Origin: Asterionella formosa
Lineage: Eukaryota
Assembly: GCA_002256025.1 (NCBI GenBank)
Contig: NKIB01015343.1
Coordinates: forward strand, 1 to 36,378
Direction of reading: 5' to 3'
Length of the DNA: 36,378 nucleotides
Of the stretch, positions 17,712-30,593 are shown piece after piece. Numbering within the stretch: the stretch's first letter is position 1; each line of letters begins with the position of its first letter. Under the pieces are notes generated by a model. It had not been told where the DNA came from, made no database searches, and saw nothing but the letters and a program-made list of their open reading frames with translations. Made by a program: the position numbers and the translations under genes.

Positions 17712-20700
17712 TTAGATATAGCTTCGTGGCCCCCGATCTTGATCAATCGGCCTCCTTCTAGGCACCATTTCGACATCAGGTTCTATATCTCGAACGACAG
17801 ATACTCCAGGAGGGGGACTTTGTCCTTCCGTTGCTTTGATCCATCCTCGGGCTGGGGGAGTATCAGGATTTTTCTCATCCATGGGCGCTGAGTAGAAGTC
17901 AGTGTCAGTGTTCGTCCCAGGTTTAACGCCATGAGGAACAATTGAAATGTACCAGTGCTTGGTGTTGTTACTGACGTTGCACCTAAACAGCGAGAACGAA
18001 CGGTCTGAACCCTTCCAGATCCCTCGCTTTGTGAATACACCTGCATTTTCAAACGAACCCTGCCTTCGGTATCTTCCATTGATGACTTCAAGACCTGCTC
18101 CCTGAACAATCAACATTTCCGGTCCAAACTTCTGAACGTCATCGTATAATCTGGAATCATCGTCTTCATCGTCCTCGGAATCAACACCAACCATGTCAGA
18201 ATCAGATCGAGGATTGTCAAGAATCTGTGCTGTCCTTCCATCACCTTCACGTCTCACAGAATAATCACCTCGCGCTTGCCGTTGCGAAGAGTTCTCATCT
18301 GAGCGGATTAAATCTCTTTCCATCCACACCCAAAGTTCTCGATTGTCCTTCATCCAGGTATGAACTGGGTGGAGTTTTCTGAGCTCCTTCAACACGTCGA
18401 TGTATCGTTCGTACACATACAGTTCAGTCGAATAAATCTGAGTGGAACGCAATCCACCCACGGCCTTTGCAGCAAGTAACAACCCCACGCCCTGGTCATC
18501 TTGAAGGCCACATCCTTCGGAGCATTGCATTATCTCCGAAATGCGACTACGGTGGAAAGCATCAGGCATCGCAGCAAGGACCTTCAACACCATGACAGCA
18601 GCGGCGCACACTTCGTTGCCTGTCCACCCAGTTGGGGCCAAACGCAAAGAGGTCAGCGTACTCTTGATCAGCGCATTCGAATCTCGCTCAAACACTGTTG
18701 CAGCCAAGAGATACTCGGCAAGTGGTTCGCAAGCAGCATACGCTTTTGCGTGAAGTTCAAAGACAAACATACCAAGTCCCACAGAATCAAAGTTTTCCTT
18801 GCCTTGTAACACCATGAGTGACTTAACATCAATGCAAACACTCTCAGTTGTATGGCGCAATTGTTCTCGACCATCTGGTGCACACACACGTATAGCATCA
18901 TACGAACGGCGAGATAAGTTAGGGCGGAAACCCAAGGAGTGCAAGTCAGATCGTACACTAGCTTCTTGAGTTTGCGATATTTCACAATAGTATGCCAAGA
19001 AACCTTCAAGACTCAAGAACGGTCCGCCTTTTCCAGTTAAGTCAGTACATGGATACTTAGCCATTATATCAATGATCTTCTGCCTGGGCACAGATGTGGA
19101 GTCGACGCCGCATCGCTGCAAATAGTAATCAACCTCCCGTTGGCCCATACCAGGCATTCCTGCAGTACACGATTCACGATAAATGGTGGTCAAAGCAGAC
19201 GTTGCAGTGGCGGTAAGAGTCAGAGTAGGCCGTCCTCTCGGCTGCTCTGTCTCTACCAGTAGTGGTGCAAGGACCAGACCCTTCATGCCGACCAGACGAC
19301 AAAGCGCCTCAAAAAGAGAAAGGTAATCGGAGGGCATTGGTGACTTTTCTACCGAGGTAATCATTTGATTACCTCCCAAAGGGAGGAGGCGTGCATCAGG
19401 ATTTGTGTCTTGCCTCATTTGAGACTCGACCACTTCAAGAGCGACACTGGCACCAGGGAAAGCCACACGCCATGAAATCGGAGATTTATCTCGAGAGACC
19501 AGACAAGTCAATCGAGCGGGAATTTCTGCCTGCCGCATTGCCTCAACGATAAGACTGCCACCCTCGTCAGATTTTGCGTTGCTAATATCTCGAATTAACG
19601 CACATAGATCAGCATTGTACTTCCATGTTCTCGGAGCAGCTTCAATGAGCGCAGTAAGAAAGGAGATTACTACACCAATACTCGAGGCCTCGCCTTTTGC
19701 AAACAAGCTTGGGTTTTCGACAACTTTCCATTTCCCTCTCAGCCTAGTAGGCATAGGAGCTGTCCCGAACTGCTCGAGTCCTACGAGAAAATCCACATAG
19801 GCTTTAATCCAACGCTTCAAAGCCAACTTTTCGATATCCAAATTCACGCACGACTGCAGGGCAGAACCAAATATCTGAACGGCAGCCCCCCGTACATCCA
19901 TTTCCGGACAATCAGATAGGTAAGTCCTTAGCCAATTACCACTGATGCAGCGCGTCCTTAAAGCTAATTTGCGTACAAACATTTGAGCAACGTTTCGATC
20001 AGAGTAGAATATCTCTGTATGCATGCGCACCCAATGTTGAAGCCAAGTCTTGTCAAACGAATAAAGGAAGACGTCAAAGAAGAATGTACTTAGCATATCG
20101 ACGATTCCAATTTTCCATACCATCGTCGAGGACCCATTGATAACAGGGGATGTCTTGATATCTATCCTATCATGCTGATTTCTAGTAAGTCGGCACAATC
20201 CAAGCAGTCCTTTAAGGAAGGCCTGGAACTCGCTATCGAATAGAAAGGTTTGCCAGCGATGGGTAGCATTGGACCTACGGACATCAGGCTCGAACGCTTC
20301 AAAACCACTCATTATGGCAATAGTTGTCTCCGTCACAGTCATTACATTCTTGACATCACATTTCGTTGATTCACCATCATCTTTATGTTCAGCTGGCTTC
20401 ACTTTTTCGTAGAACACCATAAGGGCATTGGCAAATTGTTCACTCTCGACAATTTGCACCTGACCGTTTGGCCATTTATTTTCTTTCTTCACTTTTCCAC
20501 CGAAACATTCAATCTCAAGGGACGCTGGATCCCAAGGGGTTACATCTTCGTCATCAAATCGATACCATTTTTGCTCGGCGTCAGATTTGGACGAACGATC
20601 TTTAATAAAGCTGTAATAGTGACCGCCTTGGGCAACTCCGGCGTGAACCAAAACACCAGCGAGTTCGTACTCGTAATCATCGTCGGACAATGTCCCGAGA

Positions 20701-23700
20701 GGGTCCACATTGGAGGTGCTTGCTCCGTCATCGCTAGTATCCATTGGAGAAGGATCGCTAGAACTATCATTTCCAAGGTTTGCCTTCTCAACAGCTTCAA
20801 TCCCTTCAAGGGTGTATTGCTTCATGTTTAATGTTTGACCAAAGGCAAGCCTGCTGTTTAGCTTGACAGTTTCAAAGGTATTATAATCCAAGTCAAAACG
20901 TTTCAATGACAGGATAAGCATGTCCGGTAAAGCAGATATAGCCGTCTTCAGCACCGTGTCCGTGTTTTCCTTGCAGCGATCACAAAAAACCTTATTGTTT
21001 CCTTCCATGTATTCGACTTCGCACATGGTGGCAAGCGCCTCATGAATATCGGTCTTTCCTCTAATTTGGCAGTCGATACTCATGAGATTTTCTTCTCGAT
21101 TTGTCTGTTGACATTCAATTAAGTGTTAGAAAGCAAACAATCCCACAAGTGTGCAACCATCGGTATACGTACCGTAAGACTACATTTTTTGCAGATCTTC
21201 TGCTTGGTTTGCTTCAATCGGAAGGTATGCTCAAGATGTTGGAAATGTGCAGGGGCCCATTTTTTGAGAGCGATTTCCATGCGATCAAGTAATTTCATGG
21301 CAAATTCGGATGCATCATTCTGTTGCCAAACATCAAACTCAAGCTTTAGACAGGCGCATGCTTCCACCAGTGCTCGGGGGTCGAAGCAGCGACCTCTTGA
21401 TCCTTCATCCAAATGGATGAAAGTTCTTTGTACCTCTTCGAAAAGGTTACGTGCAGCAGATTCATCCTCGTTTTCCTTGAATAAATCGTCTTTTCCATTA
21501 TCACCTTTCTCTCCTATACTGCTCTCTGTGGTGTTTTTGGTTATTACATCAAACACGCCAGTTTCTTTTCCTGGGCGTCCTTCCGTCAAGAAGAACTCCT
21601 CTGGTAGCTCCGCTGGCATTCTCGTGATATCGTCAAGTAGGGATTGATTGGATGATCCTTTAGTGGTGAATATTGGGCAATAGCGGATAGTGTGCATACC
21701 AGTCGAGGCGTCGAATCCCTCAACAACTGCATCATAGGGTACGCCAGTTTCCCATTGAAGAGAGATTTTCTTCCCAACTAGCTCAACTCCGTTCGACGCC
21801 ATTCCTCCTCCTGACTTTCGCAGGATTGAAGGTATTGGAGCCGCACACATCGCCTTCCGAAGCGAAGGCATCATAAACAATTGCTGAAGGAACGAGTTCA
21901 TGTAACAAGTGCAGCCCTGGTTTCGTAAGCCTGAATATTTTGACGGGTTTCTTAACGACGAACGTGATTGGCCTTCTTCTGCGTTACCGAACTGACCCCA
22001 TCGATGTCTAAGGTACGGTGCTGCGTTCGAAACAATGCCATCTATTCTGTTCACAAGGACAATGTACCCATCAGTGCCGCTACATGAACGGGCGGCCGCA
22101 GCCACAGCCTCGAAACCAAGCTGACGCGATTCCTTGTCACAGCAGATGGCGACGACAGACGATGATCCTCCAGGAGAAAGGAACCCATCAAAGATAGCAC
22201 CCATCAGATCTATCAAAACCGAATCATTACTTGATGCTGTAGCCAATTCAGACCACTTTGCGATTCCAAGGTCCTTCAGAAGCAAGCTGGTTCCAGAAAT
22301 GAGAGCGGCACCTCCTCCCCATTCTATCAATGCACGAAGAAGTCTCAAGCATCCACATAGAACTCCAGTTGGAACATCGATAATGGCGCTGCCGTTCATT
22401 GGGCGGGGACAGGACGAGATTTTCTTACTGACTGCTATACCAAGTGCTTTTAGTTCGTTATCAGAAGCCTTAATCGCAGACCGGTTAGTTTCATCGTCGG
22501 AAACAAGCTTTTTCAATACATCAAAATATTCAGAAGTGGCATCCGATGCCACATCAACGGATTCCAAAGCATTTATCAACCACGGCAGGGCATGCTTGGC
22601 AAGCAACGGAATAGAAAGAACCAAATCATGTGTATTCATCCGAATCTTCGACGACGTGCTCATTGCAGAGCTGGATCGAGCACTCTCCGGACCACCTTCC
22701 CACAGCACAAGCGTTATAACAAATTTTTCCGCCATTCGATTAGGCAAACCTATGAACGTTTCAGACGTTTTTGTTGACCGAAATAATAAACGGAGAAACT
22801 TCAAGACGTCTGAAATTGTTGAAGTCGAAATTCCCTCGTCAAAAACAACCATGGCAGTAAGATTTCGCAAGAGACCTTCAGCACTAGATAGTGATTCTAA
22901 AAGTTTGACACCCACCTCATCTAAATCAAAATCACTTGTCTTCTCAAGAGGAAGTGAAGTCGACCGTGTGTTTCCAAAAAGACAACATATTAGAATCCGC
23001 AGGGCCGCTGCGTTGGCCATTCGACAACGCGTTTGGTCCGCACTAATTGTTGCACCTGCACCGGAAAAGAATTCGATCACGGATGTAAATCCATCCGAAT
23101 CTATGAACCCCCTTCTAAACGCTGTGGAGTCTACTTTCATCGCTTTCTCGAACTCGCCAATTTTGCTTGAGGGTAAAATGGATAAAACCTCAGGGGCTGG
23201 CTGCAAAAATGACTCAATAGCTTGCATGATATAAACTGATTTCTGGAAATTGCCGTGGTCGATCAAGGATGCCCACATATTTGTTGAGTCAACCAACATC
23301 GAATCATCACTAACACCTGCACTTGACCGCACAATGCTTGAAACGCCGGCGTTTGTAGGCATGGCTAATAAGAGATCCCAGACAAGCGTATAGCTTGAGT
23401 TTCTGGATGAGGATGTATCTGTCCGCCATGGTAGGGCCTCGAGAACTGACAAAAGCGTCTGGAATATTTTGGCAGCAAATTCATTATTGGGATCGCCGAA
23501 AATTCCACCTAGATCCAGAACAGAATTTTTCCGAGTGGGGTTTTTATTCAACGCGGGACTGGTGGCGCCTTGATTTTGTCTGTCAGCGATGACAAATACC
23601 ATTTCGCAACCATGTGAAATCCCAAGTTGATCGACAGTTGAATCATCAGGGACGACATTGAGGCTCAATTGAGAAGAGTCGGCTCCTCCCTTACCAGCCA

Positions 23701-26700
23701 AAGCAAGGCGCCCGCTAGCAGAAATCTGTTTCACCGACGTGATGCTACATTGGCATTGGTGGGCGACTTTTGCCTTCACTGAACTAAGTGTTTCCAGAGG
23801 ATGGACATCAAGTGAAAATCTGACCGTTGACTGTTGCCTAGAACCTCCTTGAGTATCACTTTCCGTCAGTTGCTGAGGACCTTGAATGTTATGAGCAATT
23901 GTGCGCTTTACCATCACTCCAATGCGGCGATAGGATGATTGCCCTCTCATACCATGCGGCAAAAGCTGCACGGCATCAAACAAAGTACAATTAATTGGAA
24001 GAGACGAGAGAAGAGACACAGTAGAGCGTGTGATAGACCTACCACTGCTTCCGTCTTGACCAACAGCTGCATTCAGGATCCTTAAACATCGTTCCGCCGA
24101 TCGCTCTGACGAGGGATCTCCAGCATCAAGACCCTTCTTGACTTCCGCAAGACATCCAAAAACTCGGTCTCCAAAGTTTTCATCTATTTCGTCAATCTGC
24201 ATCTGTTCAGAAGCGGCAGACGGCGGTCCACATGACCAAGCGTTGTGAGACTTGTTGCCACTGGCCATAGCAGCGTACACAGCAAGGAGATCTTTCATCG
24301 ATTGAGCTGCAACATTCTCGTTGCCGGCCGTGAGGCAAATACGCCACAGAGCGTCAAGAGCGGGACCGCTGGCTGTAAGCGAAGCGGCAGGTGACTGGCG
24401 AAGTTTCTTGAACATGAGATAGAAACTCTTGTACGCGCCCTCACCCAACTCGTCCCAACTTACTGCTTGTGAACAGAAAAGGTCAAGGAAAGCGGATGTC
24501 CTTACCTCATCAGAAAAAGCAGAGGATAGGCTTGAGTCATTCTGACCCTGAGGGCGAGGCGCTATTGCTGCTTCAAGTTCTGTGAAGTCCCCAAAAGTTG
24601 ATGCGTGTGCAACAAACACCATTACCTCCTCCCTATCAGCAGGAATATCACACAATTGCCACAGATGTTGAAGTTGTATAATACTTAACTTCACAGTTTC
24701 AGAGACTCCATAAACATAACGAAGAATTCGTAAACGCTCGTAGAGAGCGGCAGCGTTGTCCAACTTTATATCAACGCTTCCAACGGAACTCTGCATTGAA
24801 ATCAACTTCCAAAATGTGAGACACAAACAAGGAAAATCTAAATGCAAGGCAAAATAGGTTCAACACTTACTCTTTTCGGAATAGGTGATGACTTCACATC
24901 AGCCTTATGCCTTGACAAGTAAGCCGTTAATTCGTTGAAAAGAAGGGACGCCAACCTTCCTTGATTTGCGTTGACAGTGGCCATCGCCTGTTCAGGTGGG
25001 CATGCTTCCAACACAAAAACGGTCAATTGCACCATTCGCAAAGCTAAAAACTCGTCAACGGGTGTACCTCCTGCCAATTGTCCCGCATTCAATGCCAGCG
25101 ATTTTGTGCACGATTCAAGGAATTTTTCACGATGCGATCGACCCAATGGGTCAATACGAAGCTCGTTGGTAACATACTGCTTCAAAATCTCGTAGTTTTT
25201 CAGAGCGGACGCATTTGGGTGGGTCAGCACAGCCCAGAGAAGCGTAAGTACCTCAACGCGGACCACTTCCGAGCGAAAGTAGTGCACACCAAGTTGCCCT
25301 GCTTTGGCGTCCATGTTTGCTGATGTTGCAAGTGCACCACAAAACTCGGCAACTTCAAACAGTGAGCTACCTTTTGCAGCATTCAGAGTGTCCTCCACAG
25401 CCCGGACAAGCGATATTGCATGGAGATTTGGAAGCGATGGAAGAATGGATACAAGCAGGTGATAAATCTCTTCGGAGACAGCTGCATCGGCCTTGCTTGC
25501 ACAAGTTCTCCAAGCAAGGAGCAAATGCTCTGCTTTCAAGCAGAATGCATTAGGACCGACTCCATCATCCGGTACCCCCTTGACTGGCTCATCGTGCTCG
25601 CACATGGAGGCAAGAAACTCAATCAATGGAGTTGATCTATTTACAACTTCACGGTGCAACGATGCGCCCAAGACAAGTTCAACAATGTTATTCTCAATTG
25701 CCCATCTTGCTAGTAAGTGCTCGAGAGTATTGTACTCTTCACCCTTTGGTACCATCAGACCTTGGCCCCGCAACTGCGGTGGAGGATCAATGCCGGCATT
25801 TCGGCATGTTACCCAACCGCGAGGGGGAGGTTGCAACTCCTCATCTTCCTTCGACTTGTGCTGGTAATAATCAATGTCTCTATCCGTTCCCGGTTGCTCT
25901 TCGTCTGCCTCAGATAGAAACCACCATTTTTGCTGCGAGCGCATTGTACAACGAAACAGTGTCAGGTCCTTTCCGGGACCATCCTTTTCAGAGGGAGGAA
26001 TTCTGCGTTTGTAGCTAATCTCTTCACCGCGCTGGGCATACCCGTCAGCTGTAATCACTCCTGCGAATTCGAATTTTCCGTTGACGAATTGGAGACCTGC
26101 TTGAGACACCTCGAATATCTTTGGTGGTGGACGATGATTTTTGCATGCCTCGATACAATCCTTGAGCTGTTCCCAACCAGTTAGTCTCAAGGGAAGTGAT
26201 CGAGACGTGATCAACTTCAAAATCAGACCGCGCCAAAACGAATAAAACTTATACGTCTGCTTTCGACGAGAGACAACGAGACGATCAAAGATTTTCTGCA
26301 AATACTCGCGACAGGTGATGATCAGCTCCGGTGGTTGTTTCTTGAGGGATTCATCGGTGAAGCTGTTCATGTAATCCATCACAGCTTGTGACACCATGAT
26401 CGCATGATCTTCCATCTCCTTCGCAGACGACTTGTCATCGTTTACAATTTGTCGACTGGGAACGGCATCAAACAGCGCGCTCAGAATCTGATGCAAAAAC
26501 TCCAACGAAGGGAAAAGCGGCGTGTTGATCCTGACTGACAAATAGTCAGCAAGCGTTGAGAAGCCGCCTTCGGCATGAAACCGTTGAATCATCGCGACCC
26601 GAATTTCAGGAAGCCCATTCAAGTGATTCACATTCCAATTCCCTTTGCTTCCTTTGTAGTAAGCTTTCTTTCGATTGAAAATAAGAGCTAGAACTGGAAG

Positions 26701-27292
26701 CAAGGAACACTCGCCTTTGCGTTTTTGTTGGATCTTAATGTCGTTCGCAATGATCACGGTCGCAAACTCCAAACTTTCTTCCACACAACTACGTTCATGT
26801 TGTCCGATCTTTAAAGGCTGCTGCTCTACGAGAATTCCAATAACTTGGTGCATGTATCCCTCAACAAAACGCCGAGCGAGTTCCGATGACGCCAGAAACC
26901 GATTCGATGCATCCAGTGATTCAACTGCATTTTTCCACACAACTGCGCATCGAGCCGGAGAATGAACGAAGAGTTAGCATTTTAGTCATTCAGCTCTGGA
27001 GTTCCTTGTCCAAAATTGCTCGTCAGAAATAAAAGATATTTGATCTGGCACACCGGCATAAAATAATAATAATACATTCAACGAGCACTGCACTCTACGT
27101 AGAAGCTTGTAGCATTCTACGACGCGATTCTTTTCGACACGACATTCATCAAATGTTCGACTCACCCGTTTGACTCTTGTCGATTCCAAGTGCAACTTCC
27201 TTCCATATTTGCTGAACCTGAAGGGGGACTTGTACGGACTCGTCCCAAGTATACGGCTCTCCGGCCCCTAGGGCAATCTCCCCAGGCGCCAT
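17712..27292 (-). CDS. Large ubiquitin-specific protease, USP9X/USP24/USP34-like, ~3069 aa. Exons: 27292-27166, 26942-24871, 24790-21173, 21104-17712
   Basis: Cys box GLRNQGCTCYMNSFLQQLF, QQNDASEF, His box YELAGVLVHAGVAQGGHYYSFIK, WYRFDD, and a UBL-like segment before the catalytic domain. Three GT-AG introns (27165-26943 GTGAGT, 24870-24791 GTAAGT, 21172-21105 GTACGT) join the ORFs in frame, 9210 nt in total. The start could alternatively be 27298 or 27370. Confidence 0.9.
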
Positions 27293-27508
27293 TTTCATAT
27301 ATTTCTGTCGCTTATGGACTGTGGCATACACTTTTTTCGCAAGGCTTCTCTCTACATGTGCCGCGCCCAATGGTATGAAGGGCCTGTCATTCTATCCTCA
27401 GTGTTTTGGGATCATACTCAAACCGGTACCAGTACTGGGAGCACCAGGTACCATAGCTGGAGAACATATCATAAGCCCCTGGTACATAAAATGCCACCTT
27501 ACCTGAAA

Positions 27509-27600
27509 CAAGTTACGGTAATTGTCCTGAACTACCGGTATACCTTTAGCTATCTTTATTCTATATTAAATTGTTCATTTAAGCAAAATCACTGCAACTT
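27509..27600 (+). repeat. Diverged partial third copy of the first ~90 bp of the 28022 repeat
   Basis: caagttacggtaattgtcctgaact...tttagctatctttattctatattaaattgttcatttaagcaaaatcactgca aligns with 28023-28104 in the same orientation. Confidence 0.7.
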
Positions 27601-28021
27601 ACTGGTGCATTCCGGTATTTTGCTAATCTAATGTTGTCTACATGTATATTTGTGATAAATGCACTTTTTTCCGAAGTGTGAAGACGAAAATGCCGGTAAT
27701 AAGGACTACCGAGTCAAAGTAGTACAAAAACAGAGCAGCAAGGAATCCACTGGTAGTCAAGCTACGCAAACAACCGGATTCCCTCGGAGGAACCTTCGCC
27801 AACATCAGCATGCCGACAACACAAAAGCTCATAAAGGTATATGAAGATACCCTGGTACCTGGTACCAGGTACCGGCAAACCGACAGCATCATCATCATCG
27901 CATTTAGTGGAACAAATGATGTAAAAAGATGTGATATAGACACTGGCACAAAAAAGAAAATACAAGCACTAACCACAATGTTGAACTATGATCATGATTT
28001 GAACTGTGATCATGATAATCT

Positions 28022-28556
28022 GCAAGTTGCGGTAATTTTGCTGAACTAAGGATTTAGCTTTCTTTATCCCATATCAAATTGTCTATTTAAGCAAAATGAC
28101 TGCATCTGGTTGCTGTACCTGCAAGCTGCGGTCATTTTCCTGAAACGGACAACATGTTTCCAGACAGCAACATATTTTATCATAAATAGTACTAAAGGAC
28201 ATCTTCAATTCATAGCACGATTCAGCGAAATAATCAGCGGAATCCTTCTAATTGCAAAAACGAGAATACAGAGCATATGACTATGACTTGCAGGAAAACA
28301 TGATGACTTTCAGAAAATTCCTATGAATTTCAGGAAATGACTATGACTATAGGAAACTTAAGGAAATGCATAAGGAAACTTCAGGAAATTCCTGGAATTT
28401 CCTGGAATTTCCTGAAGTCTCCAAAATTATTTTTTCTGGTCAAAGTGAAAAACTGTATATCCTTTGTTCTGGTTTTACAGTACCATACAAGATTCCTTAT
28501 CGGTAATAGTTAGGAGCATTTGAAATACCTGCAGTGGTGTTACTTACTATTATATA
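28022..28556 (+). repeat. Left arm of a ~540-bp long inverted repeat with internal CAGGAAATT-like ~10-bp subrepeats
   Basis: Its reverse complement aligns along its length with 34573-35118, for example gcaaaatgactgcatctggttgctgtacctgcaagctgcggtcatttt and aaggacatcttcaattcatagcacgattcagcgaaataa. Confidence 0.92.
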
Positions 28557-28993
28557 GGTATTCACTTTCTATTTGACAGAGAATGCTACCTGTAGTGGAA
28601 GCTAGTAGTGCACTAGTAATTTACAAGCACCGTGTACAAAACCAGTACCTGATCATCAACGTTTGTACATCATCAGTAAGACTATCAGGTAGGAGTACCA
28701 GGTACCCTGGTACTTCATCGTGCAATGCTATATATATACATATGTGTACAGTGATTATTAACTCTATGTGTACAATACAGCATATTAACACATCGGTAAA
28801 TGAAATCAAATGTATAACATTAAATGGAAACAATGAGAATGTATAACATGCATGCTAGTTAATGTGGTACTACTAGTAGTTAACTAAATACATAGTTGTG
28901 GATTTCCACCTGTGCGTCGATCAATAAGCATTTTGTTGATTATTTGGGTCACTGAAAGTTCTTGACCATACACCTCATAGATTCTGTCAATCG

Positions 28994-29040
28994 CTGTCTG
29001 AGCACTGTAACCACGTCACGTGGTTACAGTGCTCAGACAG
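28994..29040. repeat. Perfect 47-bp fold-back (23-bp arms, 1-nt spacer)
   Basis: ctgtctgagcactgtaaccacgt-c-acgtggttacagtgctcagacag. Confidence 0.97.
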
Positions 29041-29340
29041 GCATGTAGATTAATAGATACTAGCATTGCTTAATTTGATAGTTAAATTACGATCCAATTC
29101 AATCTATTTTGAACAATGCTTGTGATTAGAATTATGATCATGTTTACGATAGATTTAAACGTAGTACGATGAAACAATTCACATGATAGCATAGAGTTGA
29201 GCTGCTTTTAGGATACATTGTAGTTATAATTTACATCGGGCGATCACGAGAAGTGAAAATAATATGAGAAGGTTTATGATATTGATGGGAAATGTTGTTG
29301 ATCAGTTTGTTATATACATTGTGTGATGATAATGTTCTTA

Positions 29341-29404
29341 TTATCATTGTACTTCAAGGTCGGTAAAATATTTTATCATTGTACTTCAAGGTCGGTAAAA
29401 TATT
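29341..29404. repeat. Exact 32-bp tandem duplication
   Basis: ttatcattgtacttcaaggtcggtaaaatatt x2. Confidence 0.95.
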
Positions 29405-30165
29405 AATAAATCATCATAGTTACAAGATACCTTGATCATATTTTTGATCCAAAAATTATCATATATACGAAAATCCTGTACCACTTAGCGTACAATACCC
29501 TTGATCCTATATGCATGAGCGACGGTCTAATCTGCTCTGCAACTGAATCCCATACAACCTTGCGCCGATAATAAATGAATTTATTCCTCCCCCTCTCAAC
29601 CCTTGTAAATAGCCTGGCTGCCTTTCTCCCTGCAATTCCGACTTCAAACTCCTGCCATAGAACAAACAGTGACTTTGGAGTCTTGCTGAGACTACTGTTA
29701 TAGGCTGGAACCATAAAAGAACCAAAGTCAGCTAGCAAATTTTCACCGGCTTGTTCGTCTGCAAATAGAAAACATCTAATTTGTGTGATGCATCTTATAA
29801 TGGCGATCATATGATCATATAAATTCGATTTATCATCTAATATGAATAATATTTATCGTCATGTAAAATATTGTAGCTATGTATATGTATATCGATACAT
29901 GCATTTTTGCATGTATACCATCACTGGCTGCAAACATCAACAACCATTCCAATCTGAATGCGTTTTGCATGAGTAGGACAGTCGTACATGGGATGTGTAC
30001 ATATCTGCTGTAGCAATCTATAATTTAGAAGACATGATAGATATGCATATATATGCATATGCATGTTCGAGTCTACTTGTGTGTGAGTACTGGTACCAGG
30101 TAGTACTACTGTCTATTGTATCATCTATTGTACTACCTGGTACCCTGGTACCTGGTAGTACCAAT

Positions 30166-30367
30166 ATGTTGCACAGATATTTTTGTATGTAAACGTATGT
30201 ACATGATTGATTTGAATTTTAATCATGCCCATCATTGGGATACCTACTGGTATATATGTAGCACACATATTTTTGCATGTAAACATACGTACAAGTATGC
30301 ATACGATTGATTTGAATTCAAATCATGTTCATCATAGTGACACCTATATACCTTATGTTGCACAGAA
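30166..30367. repeat. Diverged tandem duplication, 90-100-bp unit
   Basis: atgttgcacagatatttttgtatgtaaac...gattgatttgaatt...catcat repeated starting at 30166 and 30256; a third start at 30356. Confidence 0.8.
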
Positions 30368-30371
30368 TCTT

Positions 30372-30593
30372 TTAGTAGTAAAATATATTCATGTTAAAAG
30401 TGAGATCAAAAAAGCTAAAAATTGTTATCTGTGATCTTATTTATTGGCAATCGTATCTAACCAAAGTATGATCTGTAATTTCTTAGTAGTAAGATATATT
30501 CATGTTAAAAGTAAGGTCAAAAAAGCTAAAAATTGTCATCTGTGATCTTATTTATCGGCAATCATTTCTAACCAGGAGGTATGATCTGTAAAT
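30372..30593. repeat. Tandem duplication, ~111-bp unit
   Basis: ttagtagtaa.atatattcatgttaaaagt...tcaaaaaagctaaaaattgt.atctgtgatcttatttat.ggcaatc...gtatgatctgtaa x2. Confidence 0.9.

Noticed and set aside
22134..23234. 366-aa + strand ORF, and other ORFs antisense to the large genes
   Set aside because: Shadow frames opposite the USP, TEL2, LRR and ATP-grasp CDSs; Ser-rich with no recognisable motifs.
17712..26940. Three separate genes, as the ORF track suggests
   Set aside because: Canonical in-phase GT-AG introns join them, and the USP Cys and His boxes lie in different ORFs.
29018..29527. Intron in the Crypton-like gene
   Set aside because: Removal restores the frame, but no sliding of the junction gives GT/GC...AG ends on the - strand.
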